Shown here: positions 8,750 to 16,760 of the stretch, piece by piece
Layout of the letters: each line of letters begins with the position of its first letter
Position numbering within the stretch: position 1 is the stretch's first letter
Assembly: GCA_016700375.1 (NCBI GenBank)
Contig: CP065016.1
Span: forward strand, 960,001 to 992,000
From: Candidatus Saccharimonadota bacterium
GTDB taxonomy: Bacteria; Patescibacteriota; Saccharimonadia; Saccharimonadales; UBA4665
Reading direction: 5' to 3'
Length of the DNA stretch: 32,000 bases
Notes under the pieces: generated by a model
Told to the model about the DNA's origin: nothing
Database searches by the model: none
What the model saw: the letters and a program-made list of their open reading frames with translations, nothing else
Position numbers and translations under genes: made by a program

Positions 8750-9541
8750 TTATCCGTTCCTCAGTGCGACGCGCACAATGGTTTGGTTGCTTGTGCCCTG
8801 GGCCCCGTTAATGATTGCTTCCCGACCAAGGTTAATCGTAAGTTCAACAACCTCTACGGAGGGGTAGTCGGGGCCGATGTATGCGCCAGTAATAGGGTCG
8901 ATTATAGATGTCCAGTCAATTACGTTCCCAGACCGCGAAAAATACCGCAAACTCACCGAAGTGACATCGGTTGCAACAATGCGGTCTTTCGGACAAGTAG
9001 ATGTTGCGGTACTGGCTGGACAGGTCGTACGATAGCGGTTGCCGCTTGCGCCAGGGTTTGCCAAGTTTCGGAGCATTAAGGTTTTTTGCGACCCGTCTAG
9101 GTACAGAATGAACTCATCGTAGTACGGCTGTGTACCGTTCATAATTTGAGTTTTCGCTGTCGTGACGCTTGGCCCGTTGTAGTAAAGCACCGGAGCAAAC
9201 TGTCCAACGGCTGGCAGAACAATATCCCGGGGTACGGCATGAATGGGGGTCCAGTATGAGCCGCTCGGGTCGGCTGGGTCCGAAACGTGGGTGTTGGCGT
9301 CTGGTATGCCGTTTTGATTTATGAGGTTCGCTGCGGAGTTTAGGCGGTCGCGTAGTATATCGCCCAGATTTTGTCGCGTGACAAAGGTTTCGCTGTCGTT
9401 CTGGAGGCTTGTTGAGGCGCCCCAGTAGTCCAGGGCAAACGAAATTACCATGCCTGAGAATATCAATGTTAATGTCATAACTACTATGAGCTCAATCACT
9501 GTCAGGCCGGCTTGTTGGGCATGAAGCGAGCGAAATTTCAT
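8750..9541 (-). CDS. Minor type IV pilin (PilW-like)
   Basis: Prepilin-type N-terminal signal AG|LTVIELIVVMTLTLIF with Glu at +5. 263 aa. Confidence 0.75.
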   Translation of the reverse strand: MKFRSLHAQQAGLTVIELIVVMTLTLIFSGMVISFALDYWGASTSLQNDSETFVTRQNLGDILRDRLNSAANLINQNGIPDANTHVSDPADPSGSYWTPIHAVPRDIVLPAVGQFAPVLYYNGPSVTTAKTQIMNGTQPYYDEFILYLDGSQKTLMLRNLANPGASGNRYRTTCPASTATSTCPKDRIVATDVTSVSLRYFSRSGNVIDWTSIIDPITGAYIGPDYPSVEVVELTINLGREAIINGAQGTSNQTIVRVALRNG

Positions 9542-9999
9542 AGCTGGCCGACCCCATTCCGGGTAATAAGCATGCGCAGCTCTAGAGGAGGGCTGTTTTT
9601 CTCCTGGGGGTAGCCGACGCTTATGTTCAGCACCTTCGAGTCGGGAATCGCACTCAACGAGTCAGATACCGGAAGCGCCGAGGTGTTTGTAACAGTGAGT
9701 GCTGGGGTATAGGTAATTTTGCCGCCCTGGTTATTTTCGACTGCGAAACTATTGTTTGGGTAACAGTTTGAGGTGCCGGTTATGGAGTTGAACTCGAGGG
9801 CCCGGTCTATCTCTGGGCAGGCGCTCAGTACGGTGTAGATTTCGTTGAGTTGCCGGGCAATCCGGTATGATTTGCGAATGGTTATGTAGGCATCGGTTAT
9901 GCCTGTCACCAGTACGCCAAATACAACAGCTGCAATTAAAAACTCGACAGCGCTAAAGCCGCGTTCATTGGTACCCACCCCTTTAAATGGTCGCTTCAT
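9538..9999 (-). CDS. Minor type IV pilin (PilV-like)
   Basis: Prepilin-type signal ERG|FSAVEFLIAAVVFGVLV with Glu at +5. Its stop overlaps the start of the next gene by 4 nt. Confidence 0.75.
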   Translation of the reverse strand: MKRPFKGVGTNERGFSAVEFLIAAVVFGVLVTGITDAYITIRKSYRIARQLNEIYTVLSACPEIDRALEFNSITGTSNCYPNNSFAVENNQGGKITYTPALTVTNTSALPVSDSLSAIPDSKVLNISVGYPQEKNSPPLELRMLITRNGVGQL

Positions 10000-10029
10000 G
10001 CTTATGTTTATTATACGGTTTTATGTACC

Positions 10030-10061
10030 AAAAAAACAGAGCCGCTATCTGTGCGGCCCTG
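10030..10061 (-). terminator. Rho-independent terminator downstream of pilA
   Basis: On the minus strand the sequence reads cagggccgc-acagata-gcggctctg followed by ttttttt. That is a 9-bp GC-rich stem with one G-U pair, a 7-nt loop and a U7 tract, ending 20 nt after the pilA stop. Confidence 0.7.
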
Positions 10062-10081
10062 TCTGGAAACATGAAAGTACT

Positions 10082-10570
10082 TTAGTTACTCTGCTGCGTG
10101 AATGGTGTTGTGCTACCTTCAAGGGTTGCAGAGACAGTGAACGCGTCGCAACCATTATCAACTGGTTCACCACCCGTAAGCGGATTTGCGACAGCATTGT
10201 CGCAGGTTACGGTACCGCCTGTTGGACCCTCGGCAACGTAGCTGTAGTTGTCGCTATCAGTCGTACCGCCAATATTTGCCGTTGGACCCTTAGGATCTTT
10301 CAGTGCCTCTGGCGGCAAGCCCTTAAGGTACGTTGACACGAACGTTGCAGATTGGAGATCAGCCAAAGTTGGGTAAAAACCGTGCTGTGCAAAGAATGCT
10401 TCAACTTGGCTTTGAATAGCCTTGACGTCAGTCTGGCGCTGACTGTTACGACCTTTTTGCTGAATGCCAGTGAACGTTACAATCACAAGCGTCGCCAAGA
10501 TACCGATGACGACAATCACAATCAAAAGTTCAACGATTGTGAAACCTTTTTTACTTTTCAGTGAAACCAT
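10082..10570 (-). CDS. pilA: Major type IV pilin
   Basis: Class III signal KKG|FTIVELLIVIVVIGILA with Glu at +5, and a C-terminal Cys pair (C-x21-C) typical of the pilin D-region. A strong RBS aaggaggg lies upstream. Confidence 0.85.
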   Translation of the reverse strand: MVSLKSKKGFTIVELLIVIVVIGILATLVIVTFTGIQQKGRNSQRQTDVKAIQSQVEAFFAQHGFYPTLADLQSATFVSTYLKGLPPEALKDPKGPTANIGGTTDSDNYSYVAEGPTGGTVTCDNAVANPLTGGEPVDNGCDAFTVSATLEGSTTPFTQQSN

Positions 10571-10636
10571 AGGGGCCCACCCTCCTTTTATATGATTTTA
10601 TAATGCTTGACGGATTTGCCCGTAAGTCTGCGTCTG

Positions 10637-10664
10637 ATTATAACCATAAGCGGAGCGACGTCAA
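10637..10664 (-). promoter_or_regulatory. Sigma70-like promoter for pilA
   Basis: On the minus strand: TTGACG (10664-10659), a 16-nt spacer, then TATAAT (10642-10637). It lies about 65 nt upstream of the pilA ATG. Confidence 0.55.
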
Positions 10665-10742
10665 GTCCTCTCTTTGAAATTCGAGAGAGCAGGGCAAGTA
10701 GTATATTAGCAAAATGGAGTTTTGCTACAGCGAGTAGCAGGC

Positions 10743-11954
10743 TTAATTGCTCCCAACATTATTGCTCAGGCTGGCGATTGGCCCCATAACGCTCGCGGCT
10801 ATAAGACCTACGCCCGCACCCAAAAACAAAATCATAACTGGCTCAATAACCGAGGCAAGGCTATCTATAGCCGTAGATACTTCCTCTTCGTAAAAATCAG
10901 CAACTTTTATGAGGACCGTATCGGTTGTGCCTGTTTCCTCGCCGACTGCCAGCATTTGAGACACAATTTTCGGAAAGTGTTTGCTTTCGGCGATTACTTC
11001 TGACAGTTGTCGGCCGTTTTTTACCTGTACCGCGGCGGCGGCAAGTTCCTTCTCTATGACTTTATTGCCAATAGCCCCTCCCGTAACAGATAAAGAATCC
11101 AGTACGGCGACCCCTGCCGACATTAGTGATGCAAAAGTACGAGAGAAACGCGCAATTGCTACCTTAGTCACAATGGTCTTCACAATGGGCAGTCGCAAGA
11201 GTAGGGCATGAAACTGATATTTGCCTTTTGGTGTTTGGATGTAACGGCGCACCGCCCATATAACCAAAAATGTGCCAGGGATGAGTATAAACGCATATTT
11301 GCGACTAAAGTGACTGAGGTCTAGCAGCACTTGTGTGTACACGGGGAGTTTTGCATCGGGCCCACCCAGGTCCATCAGGATTTTGGAAATCTTTGGCATG
11401 AGCACAAACATAATCCCAAAAAAGGCAACGACAGTTATGCTTAGAATTACCACGGGGTATGTCATGGCACCTTTAATTTTTTTGCGGATACTGGCGTTTT
11501 GTTCGACTTGAGTGGCGAGCCGTTTCAGAATATCGTCAAGTATGCCGCCTTCTTCGCCGGCACGAACCATGTTCACATACACTTCGTCAAATACGCCGGG
11601 GAACTTAGCAAACGCATCGCCGAGCTGGGTGCCGCCCTCTATGTCTTTGGTGATTTTCCCGAGCACCTCGCGGAAATATGCGCTATTTGCACTTTCTTGG
11701 AGCGTCGCGAGGCCTCGTGCAATTGGTACACCTGCCGAAATCATGGTAGAAAGTTGGCGGGTAAAAATAACCATGTCGCTACTTTTGACTTTTTTATTCA
11801 GGCCAAAACCACGGCGTGCACTAGCCTCCGAGACGAGCAAAGGGTGAAGTCCTTGGTGAGACAGGGCGGTCATGGCAGCATCACGGTCGGCGGCCTCTAT
11901 GGTGCCCGATACGCTCGAGTTGTCTTTCCGGAGGGCTTTGTATGTAAAAAGCAT
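10743..11954 (-). CDS. pilC: Type IV pilus platform protein PilC (GspF family)
   Basis: 403 aa with two GspF-type repeats (FTRQLSTMISAGVPI... and FSRTFASLMSAGVAV...) and three TM segments. Confidence 0.9.
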   Translation of the reverse strand: MLFTYKALRKDNSSVSGTIEAADRDAAMTALSHQGLHPLLVSEASARRGFGLNKKVKSSDMVIFTRQLSTMISAGVPIARGLATLQESANSAYFREVLGKITKDIEGGTQLGDAFAKFPGVFDEVYVNMVRAGEEGGILDDILKRLATQVEQNASIRKKIKGAMTYPVVILSITVVAFFGIMFVLMPKISKILMDLGGPDAKLPVYTQVLLDLSHFSRKYAFILIPGTFLVIWAVRRYIQTPKGKYQFHALLLRLPIVKTIVTKVAIARFSRTFASLMSAGVAVLDSLSVTGGAIGNKVIEKELAAAAVQVKNGRQLSEVIAESKHFPKIVSQMLAVGEETGTTDTVLIKVADFYEEEVSTAIDSLASVIEPVMILFLGAGVGLIAASVMGPIASLSNNVGSN

Positions 11955-11963
11955 ATGCTTATA

Positions 11964-13787
11964 CTAAGCTTTCTCGGCCGTAACGCGCAAGATTTCTTCT
12001 ATGGAAGTCTGCCCGCGCAGCGCCTTAACGAGCCCATCAACTTGCATGGTTAACATGCCGTCACGCAAGGCTTGTTCTTGAAGTTTCTCGCTCGTTGCGT
12101 TGCCGACAATCAGCTGCTGTATGTCATCGGTGTTACGCAGCACTTCGTATATGCCCATTCGACCGTGATAGCCGGTGTGATTACAGGTATCGCAACCATC
12201 TTCATGTGGTCGCCAGAGCCGCACAATGCCGCTCGTTGAGGTGCCAAGAGCACTTGGGTCGGCGGTATTAGTTTTGCTGAGAGTCGCCGCGCCGAGACCC
12301 GCTTCTAGTGCGGTTTGCTCAAGCTCATGTAGGCGTTTCATTGTTTCGCCAGTCTTAAGCTGGAATATCTTGTAGAGCTTGTCGAGGTGAGCGGCATCGG
12401 GCTCATAAACCTCGCGGCAATCAATACATAGTCGCCGTACGAGACGCTGTCCAACAACAATTCTGACAGTGCTCGCAATAAGAAATGGCTCAATCTTCAT
12501 ATCCAGTAAACGAGGTAGGCAGGTCGCGGCATTGTTTGTATGTAGGGTGCTAAATACGAGGTGGCCCGTGAGCGCCGCTTGGACGGCGAGGTCTGCTGTT
12601 TCGCCGTCGCGAATTTCTCCCACCATAATGATGTTCGGGTCTTGGCGAAGCAGTGCGCGCAAGCCGCTGCTAAACGTCATACCAGCAAGTGGGTTCACCT
12701 GCGTCTGATTCGCGCCAAATATACGGTACTCCACGGGGTCTTCCACGGTACTGATATTTACCCCTGGACTATTGAGCATACTAAGCACGCTAAAGAGGCT
12801 GGTAGACTTGCCAGAACCGGTTGGGCCCGTGACCAGAACCATACCATGTGGCTGAACGATTGCTTGTTGCACCGCCTCAAGGGCGCCTCCCCAGTAGCCC
12901 AAATCTTCGAGCGTTGCCGGCTTACTTGACTCGTCCAGAATTCGCATAACAACTTTTTCGCCGTCTACAATGGGGAGCGTTGAAACACGAAGCGCGTAGA
13001 CGTGGTTACTCACGACTATTTTGAAGCGTCCGTCTTGTGGTGCGCGATGTTCGTCAATTTTGAGGTTTGCGAGAATTTTTATGCGCGACACGAGTGCGCC
13101 AAGGACTTTGCGGGGAAGCTTATTCACTTCGCGTAGTATGCCGTCTACACGGTACCGTACCACAACAAAATTTTCTCGAGGTTCAATGTGAATGTCGCTG
13201 GCACTGTTTTTCACCCCGTAGTCTATGATGAGGTTTACGGTCTGAGCAATGGGCGAGTCTTCGGCTACGTCGGCTTTGTCGACTACCTCATCGGCATCAT
13301 TTTTTTCTTGAATGGCGATAACTTTTTCTATTTCGCTCCCAACATTGCTCGCATCACCGTTGTATAGGTCAAGTGCGCTCTGAATTGTCGTCGTTGTCGC
13401 GAGATGTACCCGAACCGGTTTACCGAGTTGCTTTTGGAGAAAGCTTATCGCCGGCACGTCATCGGGATCTTCCATGGCTATGAATACCACGCCGTCTTCG
13501 CCGGTCTGGAAGGCAATCGCCCGGTGTTGTCGTGCTACTCGCTCTGGTATCAACTCAACAATTTCTCTGGGAAGGTCACGCGCCACAAATTCTACAAAAG
13601 GAACATCTACCTCTGCGGCATACAGCTGAGTAAGTTCTTTTTCACTCAGAGTATTACTACTTACTACCACATCTTGCAGGGGCTTTTTTTCGCTTCTTTC
13701 TTGTTTTCGGAGTGCCTCGAGCTGTTCGTCCGTAAACTTACCAGTCGACGCCAGTAGCTTCTCCACCAAACTATCTGATACACGCAT
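11964..13787 (-). CDS. pilB: Type IV pilus assembly ATPase PilB (GspE family)
   Basis: Walker A GPTGSGKST, a tetracysteine motif (CIDC...CDTC), and an N-terminal GspE_N-like domain. The start is placed at MRVSDSLVEKLL. The ORF is open up to an ATG at 13817, but that 10-aa extension (MVMVFVILWG) is atypical, so the start is uncertain. Confidence 0.9.
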   Translation of the reverse strand: MRVSDSLVEKLLASTGKFTDEQLEALRKQERSEKKPLQDVVVSSNTLSEKELTQLYAAEVDVPFVEFVARDLPREIVELIPERVARQHRAIAFQTGEDGVVFIAMEDPDDVPAISFLQKQLGKPVRVHLATTTTIQSALDLYNGDASNVGSEIEKVIAIQEKNDADEVVDKADVAEDSPIAQTVNLIIDYGVKNSASDIHIEPRENFVVVRYRVDGILREVNKLPRKVLGALVSRIKILANLKIDEHRAPQDGRFKIVVSNHVYALRVSTLPIVDGEKVVMRILDESSKPATLEDLGYWGGALEAVQQAIVQPHGMVLVTGPTGSGKSTSLFSVLSMLNSPGVNISTVEDPVEYRIFGANQTQVNPLAGMTFSSGLRALLRQDPNIIMVGEIRDGETADLAVQAALTGHLVFSTLHTNNAATCLPRLLDMKIEPFLIASTVRIVVGQRLVRRLCIDCREVYEPDAAHLDKLYKIFQLKTGETMKRLHELEQTALEAGLGAATLSKTNTADPSALGTSTSGIVRLWRPHEDGCDTCNHTGYHGRMGIYEVLRNTDDIQQLIVGNATSEKLQEQALRDGMLTMQVDGLVKALRGQTSIEEILRVTAEKA

Positions 13788-13825
13788 TCCCCACAGTATA
13801 ACAAAAACCATAACCACAAACCACT

Positions 13826-13848
13826 TTTCAAAGGACAGTCCTTTGAAA
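13826..13848. repeat. REP-like perfect palindrome, left of the RAYT gene
   Basis: tttcaaaggac-a-gtcctttgaaa has 11-nt arms. It shares its core with 14499-14529 but in inverted orientation (central a versus t). Confidence 0.8.
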
Positions 13849-13867
13849 CGGAAAAATATGGTATTGT

Positions 13868-14491
13868 ATGGTTATGCCAAGAAGAAATGTTATGCGTTTA
13901 GACGCTCCCGAAAGTTACTACCATGTGTACGCAAGGGGTAATAGCAAACACCGAATATTCATCGATGAGCAAGATTTCATAACCTTTCTTCAAATACTCG
14001 AAAGATACCTCTCTCCCGAAGAGGCAAAAAACGTAAATGGTGTGTCGTACCCAAATTTCTATAATAAAGTCGACTTAATTGCCTACTGTCTCATGCCGAA
14101 TCATTTTCACCTGTTCTTTTTCCAGCGTCATCAGCACGAGCTTACATCTCTTATGCAGAGTATCATGACGAGCTACAGCCGATATTTCAACAAGAAGTAC
14201 AAGCGCACTGGACCGTTGTTCGAGTCGCGCTACAGAGCCTCAATGATTACTGACGATGCGTACCTGCAACATATCACCCGGTATATTCACCTAAACCCTC
14301 GCCATTGGCGTAGCTACGAGTTCTCGAGCCTGCCGTATTATTTGCAACAAGATACGGTATCGTGGCTGAGGCCTGAACGCGTGTTAGAACTTTTCAAAAG
14401 CCCCGCCGCATACGCCGAATTTGTTGCAGATTATGAAGAAAATAAGAAGTTAATCGAAATTTTCAAAAAAGAACTAGCCAACGAATGGTAG
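13868..14491 (+). CDS. IS200-like Y1 (HUH) transposase / REP-associated tyrosine transposase (RAYT)-like
   Basis: The N-terminus YYHVYARGNSKHRIFIDEQD, the HUH motif CLMPNHFHLFF and the C-terminal RYIHLNP (catalytic Tyr helix) are present. 207 aa. Confidence 0.8.
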   Translation: MVMPRRNVMRLDAPESYYHVYARGNSKHRIFIDEQDFITFLQILERYLSPEEAKNVNGVSYPNFYNKVDLIAYCLMPNHFHLFFFQRHQHELTSLMQSIMTSYSRYFNKKYKRTGPLFESRYRASMITDDAYLQHITRYIHLNPRHWRSYEFSSLPYYLQQDTVSWLRPERVLELFKSPAAYAEFVADYEENKKLIEIFKKELANEW

Positions 14492-14498
14492 ATAAAAA

Positions 14499-14529
14499 CC
14501 AATTTCAAAGGACTGTCCTTTGAAATTGG
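14499..14529. repeat. REP-like perfect palindrome, right of the RAYT gene
   Basis: ccaatttcaaaggac-t-gtcctttgaaattgg has 15-nt arms. It begins 8 nt after the RAYT stop. Confidence 0.8.
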
Positions 14530-14628
14530 GAATGAGTTTGCATTGTGGGGCGTGGGGGCGTATACCAGTGTCTACAATATTATTTGATTCAGGTTGCCGG
14601 CGAGGTGACCGTAGACGGGAGGACGAAA

Positions 14629-15666
14629 ATGGCAAAAGCAGCAAGCGATAAGGTAGACAACACCAAAGAAGCAAAGCAAGAGGGTGAGGGTCGGGCGAAA
14701 GCCCTTGGCTTAGCGCTAGAAACCATCGAAAAGCAATTCGGTAAGGGCTCCATAATGAAGCTTGGCGAAAATCAGGGTGTTGAGGTTGAATGCACGCCGA
14801 CAGGCAGCCTTAGTCTCGACCTTGCATTGGGCGGAGGCATCCCGAAGGGGCGCATTATAGAAATTTACGGGCCGGAATCAAGCGGTAAGACCACCCTGAC
14901 GCTCCATGCTATAGCGGAGGTGCAAAAACGTGGCGGCACGGCTGCGTTTATAGACGCCGAGCATGCGCTTGACCCGTCCTACGCGAAGCGTATTGGGGTG
15001 GATGTTGAAAACCTGTTGCTCAGCCAACCGGACAACGGTGAGCAAGCACTTGAAATTACAGAGACACTGGTACGCAGTAACGCCGTTGACCTCATAGTGG
15101 TCGACTCGGTGGCCGCACTGGTACCGCGCGCCGAGATAGAGGGCGACATGGGCGATAGTCACATGGGCTTGCAGGCGCGTCTCATGAGCCAGGCGCTTCG
15201 CAAACTGACTGGCGTTATTAGCCGCAGTAAAACCACCGTCATTTTCATCAACCAAATTCGCATGAAGATTGGAGTGATGTTTGGCAACCCAGAGACAACT
15301 ACGGGTGGAAACGCACTTAAATTTTACGCATCGGTACGTATGGACATTCGACGCATTTCGCAAATAAAAGCCGGTGATAGCGTTATCGGCAATCGTGCCC
15401 GCGTGAAAGTGGTGAAAAACAAGATTGCACCGCCCTTCCGCGAAGCCGAGTTTGACATTATGTACAACCAAGGTATTTCGGTAGCAGGTGACATTCTTGA
15501 CCTAGCGGTTACTCACAACATTGTTGAAAAGGCTGGTGCCTGGTTCGCCTACGGCGGCGAAAAAATCGGCCAGGGCCGCGAAGCCGCCAAAACCTACCTG
15601 CAAGAAAACCCCAAAGTCCAAACCGAAATAGCCGCCAAAGTCCGCGAAGCCGCTACAAAGGAATAG
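14629..15666 (+). CDS. recA: Recombinase RecA
   Basis: Walker [10 protein letters not shown] plus FIDAEHALD and the loop regions. The start is placed at MAKAASDK, behind the RBS gggagga. The ORF-track start at 14545 adds 28 non-RecA residues. Confidence 0.95.
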   Translation: MAKAASDKVDNTKEAKQEGEGRAKALGLALETIEKQFGKGSIMKLGENQGVEVECTPTGSLSLDLALGGGIPKGRIIEIYGPESSGKTTLTLHAIAEVQKRGGTAAFIDAEHALDPSYAKRIGVDVENLLLSQPDNGEQALEITETLVRSNAVDLIVVDSVAALVPRAEIEGDMGDSHMGLQARLMSQALRKLTGVISRSKTTVIFINQIRMKIGVMFGNPETTTGGNALKFYASVRMDIRRISQIKAGDSVIGNRARVKVVKNKIAPPFREAEFDIMYNQGISVAGDILDLAVTHNIVEKAGAWFAYGGEKIGQGREAAKTYLQENPKVQTEIAAKVREAATKE

Positions 15667-15668
15667 GC

Positions 15669-16247
15669 GTGAAAAGGGCGGTCATACTACATGGGACAGA
15701 TGGGACACCTACTGGATTGCCGTGGCAAGGGTGGTTGCAGCGTCGGCTGGAACAGGCAGGCTACGAAGTATTTTTCCCGCAGTTGCCCGAGTGCCATACG
15801 CCAGATCTCTCTGCGTACGATACGTTTCTGCGGCAATCCGGTTGGGATTTTTCAGACAACATCGTCATTGGTCATTCTTCCGGCGCCACAACCCTCCTGC
15901 ATTTGCTTGCTTCTGATTGGTTTCCCAAAATAAAAGCAGCAGTACTCGTCGGCACTTTTTTGAATGAACGCCTGTTGAAAGAGGTTAAATGGTATGAACC
16001 CGGCCAGTTTGATGCTCTTTTCATTGAAACAATTACCCCAGAAAAAATAAAGCAAGGTGCCAAGGCATTCTATTTTGTCCACGGTGACGATGATCCATAC
16101 TGTGACTACGCTGAAGCAAAACAGCTTTGCAGAGATGTCGACGGAACTTTCATTACCATCCCGGGAGGCGGACATATCAGCACATCGCCGAAATTCGAAA
16201 AACTAACACAGCTGACAGAAGTTTTAAGGCGAGATGGACTCCTGTAA
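15669..16247 (+). CDS. Alpha/beta-fold serine hydrolase (YdeN/RBBP9-like)
   Basis: 192 aa. It has the nucleophile elbow GHSSG, N-terminal ILHG, and late Asp and His candidates (HGDDDP, GGGHI). The GTG start lies 2 nt after the recA stop. Confidence 0.65.
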   Translation: MKRAVILHGTDGTPTGLPWQGWLQRRLEQAGYEVFFPQLPECHTPDLSAYDTFLRQSGWDFSDNIVIGHSSGATTLLHLLASDWFPKIKAAVLVGTFLNERLLKEVKWYEPGQFDALFIETITPEKIKQGAKAFYFVHGDDDPYCDYAEAKQLCRDVDGTFITIPGGGHISTSPKFEKLTQLTEVLRRDGLL

Positions 16248-16760
16248 ATGAGAGACGAACATATAGATATCGTTGATGACCAGGACTCGGTAATCGGCAC
16301 GACCACAAAGGATGAGGCTCAAGAAAAGGGACTGCGACACAGGGTTGTGCGCATTACCCTTGAAGACTCGGCTGGAAACATCCTGCTCCAGAAACGTCAC
16401 GACGACAAAGAACTATACCCAGGGTGTTGGGACACCGCAGCGGCAGGGCATGTCGACGCGGGCGAGGGATATCTTGCAGCGGCAGAGCGCGAACTCTATG
16501 AAGAGCTTGGGGTTGTTACCCAGCTCGAGCAAATCAACTACTATAAATCGAATGGTTCATACGACTGGCGAAAACTGAATCGCTTTACAGTGCTTTACCG
16601 GGGCGCTATTCCGGCTGAAACGACACTAACCCTCCAGGAAGACGAAGTGGCCGACGTGCGTTGGATTAGCCGGACAGAGATTGGGTCGTTCATCCAGAAT
16701 AACCCCGCTCAGATTGCTGACGGGTTGCTTGAAACAAACGAATTTTTGTACAAAACATGA
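16248..16760 (+). CDS. Nudix hydrolase
   Basis: A complete Nudix box GHVDAGEGYLAAAERELYEELGV is present. The ATG directly abuts the upstream stop. Confidence 0.85.
   Translation: MRDEHIDIVDDQDSVIGTTTKDEAQEKGLRHRVVRITLEDSAGNILLQKRHDDKELYPGCWDTAAAGHVDAGEGYLAAAERELYEELGVVTQLEQINYYKSNGSYDWRKLNRFTVLYRGAIPAETTLTLQEDEVADVRWISRTEIGSFIQNNPAQIADGLLETNEFLYKT

Noticed and set aside
10665-10727. Two small hairpins in the pilC-pilA spacer: ctctct-10 nt-agagag at 10668-10689 and tagcaaaa-5 nt-ttttgcta at 10707-10727. The first contains gtcct..ctttgaaatt, which resembles the right arm of the REP palindrome.
   Set aside because: The stems are short and AT-rich, and no U-tract follows on the minus strand. 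Only half of a REP is present. The evidence is too weak to call a terminator or a REP relic.
13809-13876. An 8-bp inverted repeat (cataacca / tggttatg) outside the left REP palindrome, producing MVM... starts on both divergent ORFs.
   Set aside because: It is short and not symmetric about the palindrome. It is plausibly a chance match.
14545-14628. Upstream-extended starts given by the ORF track for recA (14545), the LTD gene (19564), the surface protein (23171) and rny (26110).
   Set aside because: The extensions add residues foreign to the families and lack ribosome-binding sites. The internal ATGs at 14629, 19615, 23246 and 26158 are preceded by purine-rich SD-like sequences or give canonical N-termini or signal peptides.
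14878-15471. A 197-aa ORF antisense to recA. The plus-strand ORFs 11499-12053 and 12561-12929 opposite pilC/pilB are similar cases.
   Set aside because: Each lies opposite a highly conserved, motif-rich gene. These are shadow ORFs.
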